Source: Tubulanus polymorphus (Eukaryota > Animalia > Nemertea). From it: DNA of 64,000 nt. The stretch is from assembly GCF_964204645.1 (NCBI RefSeq), contig NC_134032.1, forward strand, positions 7,552,275-7,616,274, read 5' to 3'. The position numbers and the translations under genes are program-made. The notes under the pieces are model-generated. The model ran no database searches, was not told where the DNA came from, and saw only the letters and a list, made by a program, of their open reading frames with translations. Below are positions 62,866 to 64,000 of the stretch, in pieces (positions within the stretch are counted from its first letter, which is position 1; each line of letters starts with the position of its first letter).

Positions 62866-64000
62866 GTATTCAGCACCCAACAATTACGATTACATCACAT
62901 TTTGTATGATCCTGCGATGGACAGGTCTACGCTTATTTTCTCAGTTTTTTAAGCCATTGAATTGCTACAAAAATCTACTTCATGCCAATAGACAGAATCT
63001 TCGGCGTTTCGCAGGAATTTACTTTTTTGAGCGGGACGTTCTTTATCTAACACGAACTCAATTTTCGTTGTTAATTAGATTGTTTATAGAACCAAAATGT
63101 AGTTTGACTGGTCATAAGTTGTTAGATTGGTTAAAGGACCAAACCCTCAGTGTAAACAAAATATGTCTTCATGTGGAATTGTTTTATTATCTGATGTTGT
63201 AATGGGTCCAAAAATCAAATTTTTGCAACAAATGAGGTTCGGTTATAACTTTGACACGAAGTCATGCAATCTACTATGTTTATGTGCAAAATGTAGCTTC
63301 ATCATGTGGCTAAAATCTGTTGAAAATGGAATTTGAATATCGCGTTCATTTAAGAGAAATCGACGAATTTGTTGCGATTTTTAAAGAAACTTCAAGGAGC
63401 ATTTTGTTTCATAAAACGGCTAGAAGGCCGATGTACAACGTTACATTGAAGTAAAATTACTGCTCCCTGCAGATGGCCGAGCTCCCGCTGTCAATCAATG
63501 TAAAAGGGCATATTCAATTGACGCAGACAAACCGGTCTACTCATCTATTAATCTGCTCGGTTCTAGTTTCTCGTTTCCCACTTATGGGAGAGTGTCTTAT
63601 ATGTTTATTTTTAATTTGATATCCGTAGTATCGATTCCGTCCCCCCATATCTATTTCATTATGCAAATAACCGAAGATTCACTCGATAGGCTACTTCACG
63701 GAAGATTATACGCGCACAATCGAATAGGCCCAAACCTCGTGTATATCGGTAACTAAAAACTTGAAGCGAGAGTTTCTTTATTGCAAATGAACTAGAACAT
63801 GGCGGATTTAGGTTCCAATTTCCGGTTCTGACTAGCGCCATCAAACGAGTAATTCAAGAACATGAATTTGTCGATATCCCGTATTGCCGCGATGATTGCT
63901 GATTAGATTTCGATGATAGAAATATAACCACACTCAAACGTGGTGAACGGATAATAAGATAAAATCCCACTATTTACAGATTAAAAGAATTTAAAAACCA

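Noticed and set aside
62663-63202. 179-aa PLA2 ORF as a complete gene, or as Polinton PLA2 cargo
   Set aside because: Only 62718-62865 is PLA2-like and is bounded by AG/GT splice sites. It lies 10 kb outside element B and is a host exon.

Overview
Eukaryotic, repeat-dense genomic DNA, probably from a marine invertebrate; the only clear host-gene piece is a secreted PLA2 exon at about 62.7 kb. Two related, very AT-rich, decaying Maverick/Polinton-type endogenous viral elements dominate the window, both inserted into the same host macrosatellite family. Element A (8885-25918) has 88-bp TIRs, a perfect 6-bp TSD (GCTATT), protein-primed PolB, minor and major capsid genes, a chromodomain integrase and a packaging ATPase. 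Element B (34562-52262) carries the same core, with polymerase and capsid modules on the minus strand. Three observations stand out. (1) A LAGLIDADG-containing intein splits the YFD|TDS catalytic motif of element A's PolB, while element B has the empty allele. (2) Element B ends in a ~395-bp imperfect palindrome whose mismatches favour G.T-paired folding of the 3'-terminal strand. (3) Almost every viral gene starts at a T-tract...TAAATG motif like the poxvirus late promoter, alongside a VLTF3-like and an NCLDV-type HNH gene, suggesting dependence on a giant-virus helper. Also present: a Penelope retroelement with a minimal hammerhead ribozyme, Sola-like and hAT remnants, a Tc1/mariner insertion in the capsid gene, two related LTRs, a HINE-like element, CR1/L2-like RT fragments and 31-bp satellite arrays. 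All family assignments come from motif recognition by eye; no searches were run.
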